A program made the position numbers and the translations under genes. 64,000 bases of DNA from Stylophora pistillata (taxonomy: Eukaryota), in the NCBI RefSeq assembly GCF_002571385.2, contig NW_019217786.1, positions 1,203,021 through 1,267,020 on the forward strand. Reading direction: 5' to 3'. The notes beneath the pieces are model-generated. The model was not told the origin of the DNA. It saw nothing but the letters and a program-made list of their open reading frames with translations, and did not search any database. This document shows, piece by piece, positions 61,501 to 64,000 of the stretch. The stretch's first letter is position 1; every line of letters begins with the position of its first letter.

Positions 61501-64000
61501 TCACTTCTGTAACAACGCCAGCGCTTTGTGCAAATTCTCGATTGCTGTCTTAACGTCCTGGTATTGTAAGGCACTGGCAGCAAAGCGGCAGTATTTCTGA
61601 GCTTTTTCGTTATCCTCAAGAGATAGGCTAGTTTGTGGAGCTGCCGTAGACGGTATGGTGGGTGGTATTGCTGGCTGGACTGGGGCTACTGCAGGACACT
61701 GACAAAAAAGTTAATGAAAAATACCAGTAATTTTAAAATGGTGTAAGTTACTGCCGCTAACAAGGTTCGGTATCCCGGTGAGCATATCGCTATCATTGTC
61801 GTCTGCTTTAAAATGTTTATAACAGCTGTTTGTGTGGGATGCGCCCGCTGTAACAAACCCCACAAGCCTTTATCAATTAGTGGCAGCAGTTGAAGGAGCT
61901 ACGATTTTTACATCTTACAAGGTTATCATTTCCAGTCCAAACCAATCAACCCCTTCCCTGGCAATCTTCCTTTCATTTGGGTTTATTCTTTTGTTAAATT
62001 ACTCAATAAACTCATCGTACGAAATTAGGCCATGACAAGCTGAACATGCCATTCGCATAAAAAGCTGGGCAATGAAGTTGAAACTCCTCTTACACAGACA
62101 CTTACCGGCTGTGCACTCGGCTCTGTTGGTGGTATTGGAAAATTTGTCTGATCTGATGAATATGGCAGAGAAGGAAACTGCCCTGGTACTCCACTTGCGT
62201 TGGTTGGGTAGGGAGGCTGCTGTGTGTTCGCTGGGCCTGGGGGAGGGTAGGGTGCAATCCCTCCCTCAGCCTCCCCACCCAGACCTTCATCATCTCCACC
62301 AGCGGGACCTGGTATAGGTGTTTCTCCGCTTTTCAGACACTTGTGAATGTAAGCTGCCTTCCATTTCGCATATTTACGGTGATGCGATGCCTTCGAAGTA
62401 AAAAGCAGCTTATCAACAATCCAAAGAAGATGCACAAAACCACAACAAAATCCTTACTGCCCTTTAGGCAAAAACAATTAAATGACATGTTCTATTCAAT
62501 TCAAATGGTGTTCTTATGAATTATTCTCGACAAGCCTTTACCATTTAAAACTTTTCAAACAAGGGTTTCAATAAGTTTTTCCATAAGTGGCTGCTGATGG
62601 TGTAATAGCTTGCTGTGGGCTTACTACTCAAGAATAATTCAATTCAGTTATCACTCAGTTCAGATCAAAAGACCATTACATAATTCCATGACAACCCTAA
62701 ATGAAAGTGCAACTTAAAGAAACAAGTGTACTGCTTAAAGTATACAAAAATGCAAATGATCAAGCTGCAATTGGTTCTAGTTTTAACTCTGATTCATTGA
62801 GAAAGTAGCTCAAGTTTTCTGTACCAATTACACCCACAGGGAAGTAAAGCAAAACCACACCATTGCAGAATACTTTTGACACTTAGTTTTATATCATGCT
62901 TAAGCATATTGTGTTTGTCACATTAAAAATTTAAAAAAAATTAACTTTTCTAGTCACCTCTTCTGACAAATCTCCAAACTGCTCCAAAACATCATAGAGA
63001 AGACTAGATGTATAAAATGACTTGACAACATTTCTGGAAAGAGTCACAAACAATCATTCCATTCACACTTAGCATGAATTTTAGTTGAAAAAATTGTAGA
63101 TAGTCCCTCCTTCAACATTGCACAGCTATACCAGACAACAAATTGCAAAGTCATTAAGTTTTGGTTTTAAGCTACATATAAGGAAGTTGACTAAGCATTA
63201 GTTCACCATACTCTTGTGCTGCTTCAAGGTAAAGATACAGAAAAGCTAGAGGATAGAAAACTGGATTCTAAAGTACTATTGGACAAGTTAATAAAGGGGT
63301 GATGGGCATAACGAAAGTAATTGGGGTTTTATCAACTGAATTGATACATAAATGTAAATTAGCCACCATAGAGAGTTATAAATGCTAAAACTCTTTATGG
63401 TGGCCAATTTACATTTAACAATTATTGGATGAGGTTGAGCCCAATAGCGTTAATTATCAAGGCCAAAGTTTGTGTTACTGATCTGTTGAAGCAGAAGGCT
63501 GAGGCAAATAACACAAACTAAGGCCTTGTCAATTATTGCTATCATACAAAAACCAAATCCAATAATTGTTTTATTATGCATATTCCTGAGCTACACTAGT
63601 CTCGTAAAGACAAGAGCACATAAAACTATTGTCTGTAGGTATGACATCACTTCTACATAATTATATAAAATCTGTTGTCCGTAGGTATGATGTAAGAGAA
63701 TGTATAATTACATCAATCATTGGATAAGACAGTTTATTCAAACAGAGCCACTCCTTACCCAACATTACACACAGGTACAAACAGGCAAGTGACCCAACGA
63801 AGACAGGTATTAATGAGCATTCATCTGGTCTTTCATATATAAATTATGTCAAAATGTTTGTATGCTCTTTTTCAATGACTGTTTAGAAAAATTCAACCTA
63901 CTTGTTAAAATTTGCAGCACGGTCTTCAGTGTCTGCCCACAGAAATAACTGTACAGCTTTCTCTTCTACATGAATCTTGGAAATAGCCTCATCAGAAACA
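61501..64000 (-). CDS. VTA1: Vacuolar protein sorting-associated protein VTA1 (3' exons; gene continues beyond the window)
   Basis: Exons >64000-63902, 63033-62958, 62390-62106 and 61698-61501. LFLWADTEDRAANFNKNVVKSFYT, RKYAKWKAAYIHKCLKSGETPIPGP and VSL domain AQKYCRFAASALQYQDVKTAIENL. Confidence 0.94.
63415..63575. repeat. Foldback element with ttaacaattattgga...tccaataattgtttt termini
   Basis: Imperfect ~160-bp hairpin sharing the terminal motif of the elements at 20563 and 38013. Confidence 0.75.

Overview
Eukaryotic, AT-rich, intron-containing animal genomic DNA with several N gaps. The repeat families suggest a stony coral (inference). Hand-spliced genes in order: last exon of a VWA gene (+), intronless MFSD6-like transporter (-), secreted VWA protein with an Asp/Arg block insert (-), SLC35F2 (-) head-to-head with RAB39 (+), SON (-) head-to-head with JAGN1 (+), IRAK1BP1 (-), a GH29B-type alpha-L-fucosidase (-), REPS1/2 (-) and the 3' part of VTA1 (-). 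Mobile DNA includes a 4.7-kb Polinton/Maverick-type element with ~345-bp TIRs and a perfect 6-bp TSD but no recognisable core genes. There are also Penelope fragments carrying minimal hammerhead ribozymes, several MITEs, tRNA-derived repeats and head-to-tail foldback elements. The most notable observations are the core-less mini-Polinton with an intact zf-GRF gene, the Pif-like Asp/Arg VWA protein, single in-frame stops in three otherwise intact genes, and candidate micro/cassette exons. All splice models were read by eye and are not confirmed by RNA data.
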